From NCBI GenBank assembly GCA_023247415.1, contig JAHFGN010000001.1:10062-74061 (forward strand): a stretch of 64,000 nt of DNA, read 5' to 3'. Origin of the DNA: Candidatus Omnitrophota bacterium. Its GTDB lineage: Bacteria > Omnitrophota > Gorgyraeia > 2-01-FULL-45-10 > JAHFGN01. The notes below the pieces were generated by a model. That model was not told the origin of the DNA and made no database searches. It was given only the letters and a program-made list of their open reading frames with translations. Below, in pieces: positions 44,001-53,104 of the stretch (its first letter is position 1; every line of letters starts with the position of its first letter). The position numbers and the translations under genes are program-made.

Positions 44001-47000
44001 TGTGCCGGGCCATTTGAAATTAGAAGATTTGCTGCGTCTCCTTAAAGAAGACGAAGCCGTAAAAAGCGGCAGGGGACGCGCCCCTGCGTTCAAGCTCGCC
44101 AAAGGCGTGTCGAGCTCCGCCCATATCCGGCGCGCATCTGGAGAACTTGCCGCCTACAGCGCTGTGCTCGATGAGACCCATATACAGATTGTTCATACAA
44201 AAGACAACTTCGGCAGGCCCAGGTCAATAATATCCACCCTGGCATGGTATGAGAATGAGTGGGGATTTTCTGTTGGGGTCGCGCGGTTCCTCGATGATGT
44301 GGTGCGGCCAGGCTCAGCGCTTGAGGCGCAGCCGGATTTGAGGCTCGATAGATTTCCAGAAAGACTCTCCGCTATTCCAGAGGAGGAGAACGCAAGGGAA
44401 GAGGGCGCGCTCTATTCTGACCGCGTCTATTTGGACCAGATGAGCGAAGTAGAGTTAGAGAGGATTTTTAAAGACAAAACCGTGTTTGTGAAGGCGGATT
44501 ACAATATAGTGCAGCCTGTATCTAAGGATAAAGGCGGCGGCAAATTTGAAGATGAGGCAGAGATAATAGAAGACTTCCGGATTCTCGCGACCCTTTCTGA
44601 TATACAGCGCCTGCGCAAGGCAGGGGCTAAGATAGTCTTGGCTTCGCATAACGGCAGGTTCAGAGACATCGTGAAGAATAGGGCAGGATACACGCTTGAG
44701 CCTGTCGCAAAGCGCCTCTCCGAGCTCTTGGGTATAGAGGTGAAGTTCTCTCCCGAGACTGTAGGCCAGAATGCCATGGACAAGGTTGATTCGCTAAAGG
44801 AGGGGGATGTCCTCCTGCTTGAAAATCTAAGGAATAACCCTGCGGAAGAGGACGGCAGCCCAGGATACGCGGAGGAGATTGCTGAGACGGTGAGGCCGGA
44901 TGCCTACGTGTTCCTCGCCTTCGGAGCAGCCCATCGCGGAAAACACGCCTCCATAAGCCCGCTGATAGATTATCTTCGAGCGAAGCGTCCCGGCATACCT
45001 GTAATCGGAGGAGGGATTATCCGCAAAGAGCTGGAAGGGCTAAAGAAGTTTCTTACCCACAACAAAGAGGAGGAGACATCTGTCGCGATTCTTGGCGGCG
45101 CGAAGATAGAGGATAAGATAGAGGTGATGCGGAAGCTGATATCGAACAGGATGATTGACAAGATCGCTGTTGTCGGCGCGATGTCGTTCTATTTTTACCT
45201 CGCCAAAGGATACAGCGTCGGCAACTCATTCTTAGATGACAATATTCAGGATGCGGTGAGGTCGACTCAGCTGGCATTCGAGATCATGCTCCTGGCAGAA
45301 GAGAACGGTGTGGAGATTGTGCTGCCTAAAGGTTACCGGGGCCTCTTGCATCGTTCCATCGACAAGACAAAACCCGTTCATATAAAAGACGGCGAGCTAA
45401 AGAGGTTTCCGATGGGAAAAGAGGGCCTGCCCCCAGAGTTCTATGCCTACAGCGTGGATCAGGATACGGTTGATGAAATTGTCAAGATGTGCAAACAGGC
45501 GATGTGGATTATTGTCAATGGGACAGCAGGGGTGGTGGAGATCGATGCCTTTCGATATGAGAACGATCTCATCCTGCATGCTGTGCATAATGAGGTGGAT
45601 TTGTTACCTGGGACAAGAGCGGTGATATTGGGAGGGGACGGTGTCGCGGCATTTAGTAGATGGGCGGAGAATAGATGGGGAGAAGAATATCTCGCTAAAG
45701 TCCAGGATACGGGATACACGCTCTCGACAGGCGGCGGCGCCAGCCTGGAGTTCTTATCGCGTCTGGTCTTGAGCGGTCTTGAGCCCTTGGATTTTAAGGT
45801 CCGGAAGCGAGGCGCGAGGGGGAAGACAGGAAAGATCGGCCTTTATGGAAATCTCAAGCGGCGTATCCACACTCAAGAAGGCCTTCGAAACCATCTCAAG
45901 GATATCGTCGCAAGCGCCAGGGCAGTCGAAGGGGTAGACAATATCGAGGTCGTCATATTCGTCCCCTCTGACCTTGCCAATGATAAAGAGCTGGTCGAAA
46001 TCGTAAAGGGCTCGCCTGTTAAACTCGGTGTTCAGAATATAAGGCTTGAAAGCGAAGAAGACAGTCCTGAACTGACTGCTGAAGAGGCGAAGGCCCTCGG
46101 CTTTACGCATGTCATGATAGGCCATTCAGATATGAGAAGCGGCTCGCTCACGTTGGACCGCAGGCCGCAGACGAATCAGGATGTCAATGCGCGGTTGCGC
46201 GCAACCCTCAAAGCCGGGCTCATCCCGCTGTTTCTGTTTGGGGAGACCCTCGATGCGCGTTTGAGGGAGATCGCGGATTCAAACCAGAGATGGAAGTTCA
46301 TCGATAAGCAGCTGCGCGAAGGGATGGAAGGCGTGGCAGGAGAAGAGGCCGGCAATATCCTATTTGGTTTAGAGCCTGTTTGGGCCATAGGAAAACAGGC
46401 TGCCAGCCCATTTTACGCCAATGTCCAGCTTAGGCATGCGCGTAGGGTTCTGGCAGACATCTTTGGGGAAGGGACAGCCAGGCAGCTTGCCCTGGGCTAT
46501 GGCGGCGGCACAAATGAACGGAATATAATCTCCTACATCTCCGGCGAGAGTGATCTGGTGGTCCCTGGCCGGCCTTCTGCTGATGCCAGGTCTTTTTCAG
46601 AGATGATTACGCAGACAGTAAGATTTTCCAAGGAGCATTGCGCGGGCCGTTCGTCCACGAACGGCAGCAGACCAGCGCGCGACTCGACAAACGGGCTGTC
46701 TGCTGAAGCGATAAAGGAGCAATCGACCGTGCCTGATACCGAGGCATTGAAAAAGCTTCTCGTGTCGCTTGGGTTGTATGCGAAGGAGACTGAACGCGGC
46801 GCTGTCATAGTCGCGTTTGATACCGGCATCTTCCCTGTCAATGTCTCATCTGTGCTGAAGGCCGGTAAAGACGGCATAAACCGCTATCTTGAAGGCAAGG
46901 TTATTGATATACGGGCCCAAGGCCCTGATCTTCTCACTAAGATACAAGATGAGATAGGCCGGCTGAAAGGCGCTGGCATACCATTGGCCGGAGTGGTTGC

Positions 47001-47352
47001 AATAGCCGGCGACGCTACGGTTGAGGCTATGCGCAGCCAGCCGTTAGAACTGGAGGCAGGCAAAGTAGCAGTTATAAATGTCCAGAAGCCTGAGAATAGA
47101 TACATACCGGTAATAGGCCTATACGACCTCGCGTTGAGGATAGTATATAATCCTGATGATAAGCCTGCCATTCTCGAGTGCCTGAAGCAAATAGCCTTAA
47201 ATCCGGATAACAAGCCGTTTGGGTTGGATGATGTTGAGGAGTTGTTAAAGAGCCGCATCATCAGGATACTGCCGAAGATAATACCGATGGATATGGACTT
47301 AACAATCCGCGAGGCCTACAGAGCCGCGCAGGCCGCCCTCACCGCGCTGTAA
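41038..47352 (+). CDS. Giant-family protein (2104 aa): signal peptide, TLAP N-domain, contiguous GAPDH-like, phosphoglycerate kinase and triosephosphate isomerase domains, family C-module
   Basis: 'VFVNGAGGRIGSEVARI', 'STASCTT' and 'WYENEWGFSVGVARFLDDV' are GAPDH motifs. 'LASHNGRF', 'AILGGAKIEDKIEVM' and 'TGGGASLEFL' are PGK motifs. 'GNLK', 'VMIGHSDMR', 'FLFGETL', 'EPVWAIGKQ' and 'LGYGGGT' are TIM motifs. The C-terminus is 'RIIRILPKIIPMDMDLTIREAYRAAQAALTAL'. Confidence 0.85.
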   Translation: MRSHFTLKIISLVLIPTFLFSNLTFAQGPDQENKNTRTLAPHSIFKLRDSGKNGNANLDERAERVWADMRKTTARSLAGKMARRLAEMRERGISVTAQAGQEILANQINVLSRRNGVLPDAKLIRAVGERLAASGTETAERAGFIAQRVAVVGDSERTRLVIPELVKNGIVVAAWAADTPPSKRLNFMARSATHDVYGPKYITIIGDMARENIVLKIGQQSTHIRPLVFRPGRGTKSSNKLIEVLAGMQVDTVVLDSPGLVDEEELVKRGIHVVVMDKEAEPDSKVVPIAAIANQAAFHIGQAFRELAQKQKKVAEVQFAQLKVIEPNGSSFPATHSNRSAAEPNVTQTKDYQKELREGLGISGEDGARVLETIRFGYPIPEGLIINATIAMNRDVDANEVRAHLIDLAKRDGFFKILEDDPLTNTRRVVADSGVQLYSEPLVQTTDDGRSLIQVSFIADPLTTQVEQLVQILQGKNRPRISDAIIQYEEIRAEIETPPQEAQLADALKTDLANNEVAKLAERFKRRWGVTETKRLLRKKEIEPEDAAFILFGRKKEDFTSFEFLEDAAHNRIGLMAISGSGDIWATTLLTPVEPEQVAPLQKNYYDALRQHAMRKIYSRVRDVYHPAERLSCVWQIESENRFILREVLQVQPDGADKVLSRPMTAFNPFAADELGVFVNGAGGRIGSEVARIIAGDEIDPKEGLAPRLSGKLVLIGLGVSDFEEENGRVWGGEGFVRLIRQGEDLSSGPFSGKVRHGHEDGRGEDWVELTDKRGKTVRVPVFSDLIFRNPENYPLVSFLFAGVPIAALDGTGLKELTERSGLSKYLWAGADRVTLPNPGASQEDHWKTHTFIYGVNDKEFHATKKMTSTASCTTAAAATLAKKILRVAACVLAGAELPDHLKDEYMNQAAGILLTGHPYTRDEVLGDEGNYDMSAKNQSRQVAKGAAYGGPTGAAKTASLVLPEVKATGEAIRGPWLTGSVLSYVMDVPGHLKLEDLLRLLKEDEAVKSGRGRAPAFKLAKGVSSSAHIRRASGELAAYSAVLDETHIQIVHTKDNFGRPRSIISTLAWYENEWGFSVGVARFLDDVVRPGSALEAQPDLRLDRFPERLSAIPEEENAREEGALYSDRVYLDQMSEVELERIFKDKTVFVKADYNIVQPVSKDKGGGKFEDEAEIIEDFRILATLSDIQRLRKAGAKIVLASHNGRFRDIVKNRAGYTLEPVAKRLSELLGIEVKFSPETVGQNAMDKVDSLKEGDVLLLENLRNNPAEEDGSPGYAEEIAETVRPDAYVFLAFGAAHRGKHASISPLIDYLRAKRPGIPVIGGGIIRKELEGLKKFLTHNKEEETSVAILGGAKIEDKIEVMRKLISNRMIDKIAVVGAMSFYFYLAKGYSVGNSFLDDNIQDAVRSTQLAFEIMLLAEENGVEIVLPKGYRGLLHRSIDKTKPVHIKDGELKRFPMGKEGLPPEFYAYSVDQDTVDEIVKMCKQAMWIIVNGTAGVVEIDAFRYENDLILHAVHNEVDLLPGTRAVILGGDGVAAFSRWAENRWGEEYLAKVQDTGYTLSTGGGASLEFLSRLVLSGLEPLDFKVRKRGARGKTGKIGLYGNLKRRIHTQEGLRNHLKDIVASARAVEGVDNIEVVIFVPSDLANDKELVEIVKGSPVKLGVQNIRLESEEDSPELTAEEAKALGFTHVMIGHSDMRSGSLTLDRRPQTNQDVNARLRATLKAGLIPLFLFGETLDARLREIADSNQRWKFIDKQLREGMEGVAGEEAGNILFGLEPVWAIGKQAASPFYANVQLRHARRVLADIFGEGTARQLALGYGGGTNERNIISYISGESDLVVPGRPSADARSFSEMITQTVRFSKEHCAGRSSTNGSRPARDSTNGLSAEAIKEQSTVPDTEALKKLLVSLGLYAKETERGAVIVAFDTGIFPVNVSSVLKAGKDGINRYLEGKVIDIRAQGPDLLTKIQDEIGRLKGAGIPLAGVVAIAGDATVEAMRSQPLELEAGKVAVINVQKPENRYIPVIGLYDLALRIVYNPDDKPAILECLKQIALNPDNKPFGLDDVEELLKSRIIRILPKIIPMDMDLTIREAYRAAQAALTAL

Positions 47353-47389
47353 AAAGGGGACGTCCCACTACAAGGCACCCTGCAGCACA
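47352..47389 (-). repeat. REP element copy (reverse orientation), 3' flank of RAYT
   Basis: 'aaaaggggacgtcccactacaaggcaccctgcagcaca' is the reverse complement of the REP consensus. Confidence 0.75.
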
Positions 47390-47393
47390 AATC

Positions 47394-48002
47394 TCAATAA
47401 AATTTTGACAGTTTTTTTAGCTCTTTATCCAATATTCTGTCATAGGGCCTATCCGCTAAAACGTACTCTTTGTATAACTTGCGTCGGGCCATAGGCGTTG
47501 AAGCTAAGTCTAGATATGCAGGACTTGGCGTGATAACGCTGTTTGGCGTCCCAAATGCGTAAAACCTATAGCTGCTCCAAGGATAATCGGCAGGATCGCG
47601 GACTATGCCAGCCCTAACCGGGTTCCTTTCTACGTATCTTCCGCATTCCAAAAGGTACGCGTCGTCCTCTATCAGTAAACTTTTATACCTGCCCTGCCAG
47701 AGATATCCGGAATAAATATACTTTTTCCTATAATAGTGAGCGTAAGATTGGTTTATTCCCTGCATTGCCTTAGGGAATTCCGCGGCCACGATGATCTTTA
47801 TAATCATGTGGACGTGTGTTTTCATAAGGGCATAGTGATGAAGCAGCCAACCGAGCTTATTTTGATATTTCCTTATAAGCCTCTCGTAACAGCTGAAATC
47901 ATCAGCATCTTTAAATACTTCTATCCCGTTATTGCCCTTAGTAATGATATGACAAACAGCGCTATCATAGATTCCCCTTTGAAATCTAGACATACACACC
48001 AC
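47394..48002 (-). CDS. REP-associated tyrosine transposase (RAYT; IS200/IS605-like Y1 HUH transposase)
   Basis: It carries the HUH motif 'THVHMII' and the 'YLWQGRY...YVERNPVRAGIV' Tyr/Gln motif. It is 202 aa and is flanked on both sides by inverted copies of the same REP. Confidence 0.8.
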   Translation of the reverse strand: MVCMSRFQRGIYDSAVCHIITKGNNGIEVFKDADDFSCYERLIRKYQNKLGWLLHHYALMKTHVHMIIKIIVAAEFPKAMQGINQSYAHYYRKKYIYSGYLWQGRYKSLLIEDDAYLLECGRYVERNPVRAGIVRDPADYPWSSYRFYAFGTPNSVITPSPAYLDLASTPMARRKLYKEYVLADRPYDRILDKELKKLSKFY

Positions 48003-48063
48003 CTCCCTCTACTATATAAGACGAAAAAAATAGCGAAATTATTGCAAATATTTTTAAATTTTT

Positions 48064-48102
48064 TGTGCTGCAGGGTGCCAACTTGTGGGACGTCCCCTTT
48101 TT
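48064..48102 (+). repeat. REP element copy, 5' flank of RAYT
   Basis: 'tgtgctgcagggtgccaacttgtgggacgtccccttttt'. Confidence 0.75.
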
Positions 48103-48104
48103 AT

Positions 48105-48134
48105 TTGACAAGATTGGACAGGATTTGTTATACT
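48105..48134 (+). promoter_or_regulatory. Candidate sigma70 promoter (TTGACA-18-TATACT) for the ilv-leu operon
   Basis: It sits between the RAYT-flanking REP and the ilvD RBS. Confidence 0.4.
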
Positions 48135-48184
48135 TAATGTTCTGATTATACCATTAAGGTAGAGTCCCTATCATGGGAGGTACT

Positions 48185-49840
48185 ATGCGGAGCGATAAGA
48201 TTAAGAAGGGTGTTGAGAGGGCAGGGGCGAGGTCGCTTTTATACGCGACAGGCCTGTCTAGAGAGGATATGGCGAAGCCTTTCATAGGGATTGCCACGTC
48301 CAGGACAGACCTTATCCCGGGCCATATAGGGATGGAACGGCTGGAGAGGTTCATTGAGCGGGGGGTTGCGGCAGGCGGGGGTGTGCCGCTATTCTTTGGA
48401 ATTCCGGGGATATGCGACGGAATCGCCATGGGCCACACAGGGATGAAATATTCTCTGGCATCGCGCGAGCTGATCGCGGACATGATAGAAACTATAATGA
48501 AGGCCCATTCGTTAGACGGTTTTGTCGCGCTCACGAACTGCGATAAGATTACGCCGGGCATGTTGATGGCGATCGCGCGGCTGAATGTCCCGTCCATCGT
48601 TGTCACGGCAGGGCCGATGTTCTCCGGGAATTTGAAGGGCAGACGCCTGTCGCTGGTTAAAGATACGTTCGAGGCTGTAGGCCGTTTCAAGGCAGGAGAT
48701 ATTTCGCAGGAGGAATTGAATAATCTGGAGATGTGCGCATGCCCTGGCGCAGGCGCATGTCAAGGCTTATATACCGCAAACACGATGGCCTGCGTCACTG
48801 AGGCTATGGGTATGAGCCTGCCCGGATGCGCGACAGCGCTCGCGCTGCAGGCAAAGAAGGACAGGATTGCCTACGCCTCCGGGGAGAAGATTGTCAACTT
48901 AGTTAAGCGTAATGTCCTGCCGCGGACGATTATGCGGCGCGAGGCGTTCGAGAACGCCATCAAGATCGATATGGCGCTCGGAGGCTCGACTAATGCGGTT
49001 ATGCATCTGATCGCGATCGCGAAAGAGGCCGGGATAGACCTGCCGCTAAATCTATTCGATGAGATATCGCGGCAAACACCGCACATAGCCAATATACTGC
49101 CTGGCGGCGAGCATTTCATGGAGGATCTCGAGTGGGCCGGCGGAATCCCGGCTGTCATGAAGAGGATGAGGAATTCGCTCTATGACATTATGACTTCGAG
49201 CGGGAAACTTATAAGCCAGATAGCGAACGACGCCCAGATCTTGAATGAGGATGTGATCAGGGATTCGAAGAACGCCTATCATGCGGAAGGCGGCATAGCC
49301 ATATTGGGAGGTAATCTTGCGCCTGACGGCGCGGTTGTGAAGCAGACAGCGGTCTCGAAAGAGGCGCTGAAATTTAAAGGCAAGGCGCGGGTCTTCGATT
49401 CAGAGGAAACTGCCATGCTGGCTATTATGGCTGGAAAGATAAAGAAGGGTCACGTTGTCGTCATCCGATATGAGGGACCGAAAGGCGGGCCTGGCATGAG
49501 AGAGATGCTGTCTCCAACATCCGCGATCGTGGGAATGGGCCTTGCCGATGACGTCGCGCTTATTACGGACGGAAGGTTCTCCGGCGGGACTCAAGGGCCG
49601 TGCATCGGGCATATCTCGCCTGAGGCGGCTTGCGGAGGGCCGATCGCGATTGTGCAGGATGACGATGAGATAACCATAGATATCCCGGAGAGGAAGCTCA
49701 ACGTGAAGTTGAGCGAGGATGAGATTGCCGGGCGGCTTTCGAGCTGGAAGGCGCCTGATGCGAACATAAAGGAAGGTTATCTGGCGCGTTACGCGAAGAT
49801 GGTATCATCCGCTTCGGAAGGAGCAGTATTGAAAGAATAA
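48185..49840 (+). CDS. ilvD: Dihydroxy-acid dehydratase
   Basis: '[17 protein letters not shown]' and '[19 protein letters not shown]'. The GGGAGG RBS favours ATG 48185; the ORF track starts at 48173. Confidence 0.9.
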   Translation: MRSDKIKKGVERAGARSLLYATGLSREDMAKPFIGIATSRTDLIPGHIGMERLERFIERGVAAGGGVPLFFGIPGICDGIAMGHTGMKYSLASRELIADMIETIMKAHSLDGFVALTNCDKITPGMLMAIARLNVPSIVVTAGPMFSGNLKGRRLSLVKDTFEAVGRFKAGDISQEELNNLEMCACPGAGACQGLYTANTMACVTEAMGMSLPGCATALALQAKKDRIAYASGEKIVNLVKRNVLPRTIMRREAFENAIKIDMALGGSTNAVMHLIAIAKEAGIDLPLNLFDEISRQTPHIANILPGGEHFMEDLEWAGGIPAVMKRMRNSLYDIMTSSGKLISQIANDAQILNEDVIRDSKNAYHAEGGIAILGGNLAPDGAVVKQTAVSKEALKFKGKARVFDSEETAMLAIMAGKIKKGHVVVIRYEGPKGGPGMREMLSPTSAIVGMGLADDVALITDGRFSGGTQGPCIGHISPEAACGGPIAIVQDDDEITIDIPERKLNVKLSEDEIAGRLSSWKAPDANIKEGYLARYAKMVSSASEGAVLKE

Positions 49841-49847
49841 CCTGAAC

Positions 49848-49893
49848 GGGACACCCTACAGCATCAGTGTAAACGCAGGCTGTAGAGTGTCCC
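49848..49893. repeat. Hairpin repeat 'gggacaccctacagc...gctgtagagtgtccc' (ilvD-ilvB intergenic)
   Basis: It has a 15-bp stem with one mismatch and no T-tract. Confidence 0.6.
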
Positions 49894-49894
49894 G

Positions 49895-51583
49895 ATGCTC
49901 GATATGAAAATGACCGGCGCGCAGATATTGATTGAGGCATTGAAGAAGGAGGATGTCGAGGTGATGTTCGGCTACCCCGGCGGGGTAGTCCTGCCCATCT
50001 TCGACAGGCTCTACGATGCGCCTATTAAGTTCATCCTGACGAGGCATGAACAGGGCGCCGCTCACGCCGCTGACGGTTACGCGAGGGCGACCGGAAAGGT
50101 CGGGGTCTGCCTCGCGACATCCGGGCCAGGCGCGACGAATCTCGTTACAGGGATCGCGAACGCCTACATGGATTCGATCCCAATGGTCGCTGTAACAGGC
50201 CAGGTCAAGACGCGGCTCATCGGCAATGACGCGTTTCAGGAGGCGGATATAACAGGCATAACGAGGCCGATCACGAAGCACAACTATCTGGTGAAGGACG
50301 TCAAAGATCTGGCTGTGACCATAAAAGAGGCGTTTCATATCGCGCGGACCGGCAGGCCAGGGCCTGTCCTGATAGACTTTCCCGTGGATATCCAGCAGGC
50401 AGAGACCGAGTTTCATTATCCGGAGAAGGTTGAGATAAAAGGATATAAACCGACTTACGCCGGCCACCCCGGCCAGATAAAGAGGGCGGCAAAGGCGATC
50501 TCTTCTGCCAAGAGGCCGATACTATACACCGGCGGGGGCGTGATAACATCCAACGCGTCTGGCGAGCTCAGAGAATTCGCGATAAAGAATAAAATCCCCG
50601 TCACTACCACGCTGTTGGGACTCGGCGCGTTTTCGTCCGACAATCCGCTGCATCTTGGAATGCCGGGCATGCACGGGACGGCGTACGCGAACCACGCCAT
50701 AATGGAATCGGATCTGATCATCGCCGTCGGCGCCAGATTCGATGACCGCGTCACCGGCAAGGTTGAGGCATTCGCCCCGCATGCCGATATAATTCATATC
50801 GACATCGACCCGGCGAGCGTCTCGAAGACTGTTGAGGTGGATATTCCGATAGTCGGCGACGCGAAGCATATATTGAAAGGGCTTTTGAAATATACGAAAA
50901 AACCGGACACAGACGCCTGGCTCGCGAAGATAGACGAGATGAAGAAGAAATATCCGCTCAAATATGAGAATAGCGACGGCAAGCTAAGGCCGCAGTATGT
51001 CGTTGAGGAAATCTCGAATATCACGAAGGGCGAGGCCATCATCTGCACAGAGGTCGGCCAGAATCAGATGTGGGCGGCGATGTTCTACAAATTCACAAAG
51101 CCGCGCACGATGATCTCAAGCGGCGGGCTCGGGACCATGGGTTTCGGCTTTCCGGCTGCGATAGGCGCGCAGATGGGAAGACCCGATGCGGTTGTTTTCG
51201 ATATTGCCGGAGACGGCTCCATCCAGATGAATATACAGGAACTCGCGACAGCGGTCTATAATAAACTGCCGGTCAAGGTCGCTATCTTAAACAACTGCTA
51301 CCTCGGAATGGTGAGGCAGTGGCAGGAGCTATTTTATAAAAAGAGATATTCGTATACGTGCCTTGAGGATGGCCAGCCGGATTTTGTGAAGCTCGCGGAA
51401 AGCTACGGCGCGGTTGGGATGAGGGTTGTCAGACCCGAGGACGCGCGGCCCGCTATCGAGCGGTCGCTTGAGATTACAGACAGGCCGACATTCATAGATT
51501 TTCGAGTTGAGAAGGAGGAGAACGTTTTTCCGATGGTTCCGGCAGGCGAAGCGATCAACCGGATGATTGGGGGCATGGCGTAA
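49895..51583 (+). CDS. ilvB: Acetolactate synthase large subunit (biosynthetic type)
   Basis: TPP-enzyme N-terminus '[23 protein letters not shown]' and '[16 protein letters not shown]'. Confidence 0.9.
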   Translation: MLDMKMTGAQILIEALKKEDVEVMFGYPGGVVLPIFDRLYDAPIKFILTRHEQGAAHAADGYARATGKVGVCLATSGPGATNLVTGIANAYMDSIPMVAVTGQVKTRLIGNDAFQEADITGITRPITKHNYLVKDVKDLAVTIKEAFHIARTGRPGPVLIDFPVDIQQAETEFHYPEKVEIKGYKPTYAGHPGQIKRAAKAISSAKRPILYTGGGVITSNASGELREFAIKNKIPVTTTLLGLGAFSSDNPLHLGMPGMHGTAYANHAIMESDLIIAVGARFDDRVTGKVEAFAPHADIIHIDIDPASVSKTVEVDIPIVGDAKHILKGLLKYTKKPDTDAWLAKIDEMKKKYPLKYENSDGKLRPQYVVEEISNITKGEAIICTEVGQNQMWAAMFYKFTKPRTMISSGGLGTMGFGFPAAIGAQMGRPDAVVFDIAGDGSIQMNIQELATAVYNKLPVKVAILNNCYLGMVRQWQELFYKKRYSYTCLEDGQPDFVKLAESYGAVGMRVVRPEDARPAIERSLEITDRPTFIDFRVEKEENVFPMVPAGEAINRMIGGMA

Positions 51584-52100
51584 CGTGAAGCATACCATAT
51601 CAGTTCTAGTTGAGAATAAATTCGGGGTGCTCGCGAGGATCGCGGGGCTGTTCAGCGCGCGGGGGTTCAATATCGAATCGCTCGCTGTCGGCGAGACAGA
51701 GGACGCGGCTGTCTCCCGGATGACTATAGTTACCGACGGTGACGAGAGGACGCTCGATCAGATCAAGAAGCAGTTGAATAAGCTGATAGACGTCATAAAG
51801 GTGAGCGACTTCACGGATAAGAAATATCTGGAGAAGGAGCTCATGCTCATCAAGGTGGCTGTGAACGCCAAGACTAAAAAAGAGGTAACAGAGGCTGTGG
51901 ATTCATGCGGCGCGGAGGTTGTTAACACCGGCGAGAAGTCGCTTGCCATAGAGATGACAGGCGATGCCGGGAAGATAATCTCGCTCCTTGAGCTGTTGAG
52001 GCCTTTCGGCATACTTGAGGTTGTGCGCACAGGCAGGATCGCGATGGGTATCGATGATAAAGAGATGAAGACGCCGGGAAAGCCGGAGGTAAATGAATAG
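51567..52100 (+). CDS. ilvN: Acetolactate synthase small (regulatory) subunit
   Basis: ACT domain '[32 protein letters not shown]'. It overlaps the ilvB end; an alternative GTG start lies at about 51585. Confidence 0.8.
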   Translation: MGAWRNVKHTISVLVENKFGVLARIAGLFSARGFNIESLAVGETEDAAVSRMTIVTDGDERTLDQIKKQLNKLIDVIKVSDFTDKKYLEKELMLIKVAVNAKTKKEVTEAVDSCGAEVVNTGEKSLAIEMTGDAGKIISLLELLRPFGILEVVRTGRIAMGIDDKEMKTPGKPEVNE

Positions 52101-52109
52101 GAGGAGGCA

Positions 52110-53096
52110 ATGGCGAAGATTTATTATGACAAAGACGCGGATTTGAATGTTTTGAAAGGCAGGAAGATAGCGATTATCGGATACGGGATCCAGGGCAGGG
52201 CGCAGGCCCTGAATCTGAAGGATTCAGGAGTGGATGTGATCGTAAGCGAATTGGCCGGCACGCCGAACTATGAGCAGGCGAAGAAGGACGGCTTCAATCC
52301 GGTCTCCGCAAGCGAAGCGGCCCTGGGAGCGGACATAATTCAGATATTGACGCAGGACCATGTCCAGGCAAAGGTCTATAAAGAGTCCGTCAAATCCAAT
52401 CTGAAGAAGGACAAGGCGATCGCCTTCTCCCACGGATTCAATATACATTTCAAGCAGATAAAGCCGCCGAAGAAGGTCGACGTCTTTATGGTAGCGCCGA
52501 AAGGCCCGGGGGCCCTGGTCCGCGCAATGTATGAAAAAGGAGGCGGCGTCCCGTGTCTCGTTGCCGTCTATCAAAACGCAAGCGGCGGCGCGCTGAAAGT
52601 CGCGCTGGCTTACGCGAAAGGGATCGGCGGGACAAGGGCCGGCGTCATAGAGACGACCTTCAAAGAAGAGACGGAGACCGACCTGTTCGGAGAGCAGGCT
52701 GTCCTTTGCGGAGGGGTGACAGAGCTCGTCAAGGCAGGATTCGATACGCTCGTCAGCGCGGGTTATCAGCCTGAGATAGCGTATTTTGAAGTCCTGCATG
52801 AGTTGAAGCTGATCACAGACCTGATCCAGAAATTCGGGATAAACGGGATGAGGTGCAGGGTCTCCAATACAGCCTGTTACGGCGATGTAACAAGGGGAAA
52901 AAAGATTATCAGCGAAAAGACCAGAAAGGTCATGCGGAAGATGCTAAAAGAGATCCAATCCGGAAAATTTGCCAGGGAGTGGATCAGGGAGAATGAGGCC
53001 GGCCGTCCGAATTTCAATTCCATATTGAAGAAGGAGTGCGAGCATCCTATCGAGAAGGTGGGGGAGAATCTGCGCGGCATGATGCCGTGGCTGTAA
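52110..53096 (+). CDS. ilvC: Ketol-acid reductoisomerase
   Basis: '[25 protein letters not shown]'. Confidence 0.9.
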   Translation: MAKIYYDKDADLNVLKGRKIAIIGYGIQGRAQALNLKDSGVDVIVSELAGTPNYEQAKKDGFNPVSASEAALGADIIQILTQDHVQAKVYKESVKSNLKKDKAIAFSHGFNIHFKQIKPPKKVDVFMVAPKGPGALVRAMYEKGGGVPCLVAVYQNASGGALKVALAYAKGIGGTRAGVIETTFKEETETDLFGEQAVLCGGVTELVKAGFDTLVSAGYQPEIAYFEVLHELKLITDLIQKFGINGMRCRVSNTACYGDVTRGKKIISEKTRKVMRKMLKEIQSGKFAREWIRENEAGRPNFNSILKKECEHPIEKVGENLRGMMPWL

Positions 53097-53104
53097 CAAG
53101 CATC

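Larger units (their letters stand above)
47352..48102 (-). mobile_element. RAYT gene bracketed by two inverted REP copies (REP-RAYT-REP unit)
   Basis: The REP at 47352-47389 is in reverse orientation and the REP at 48064-48102 is in forward orientation, and both surround the tnpA-like gene. The two are near-identical as reverse complements. Confidence 0.7.
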
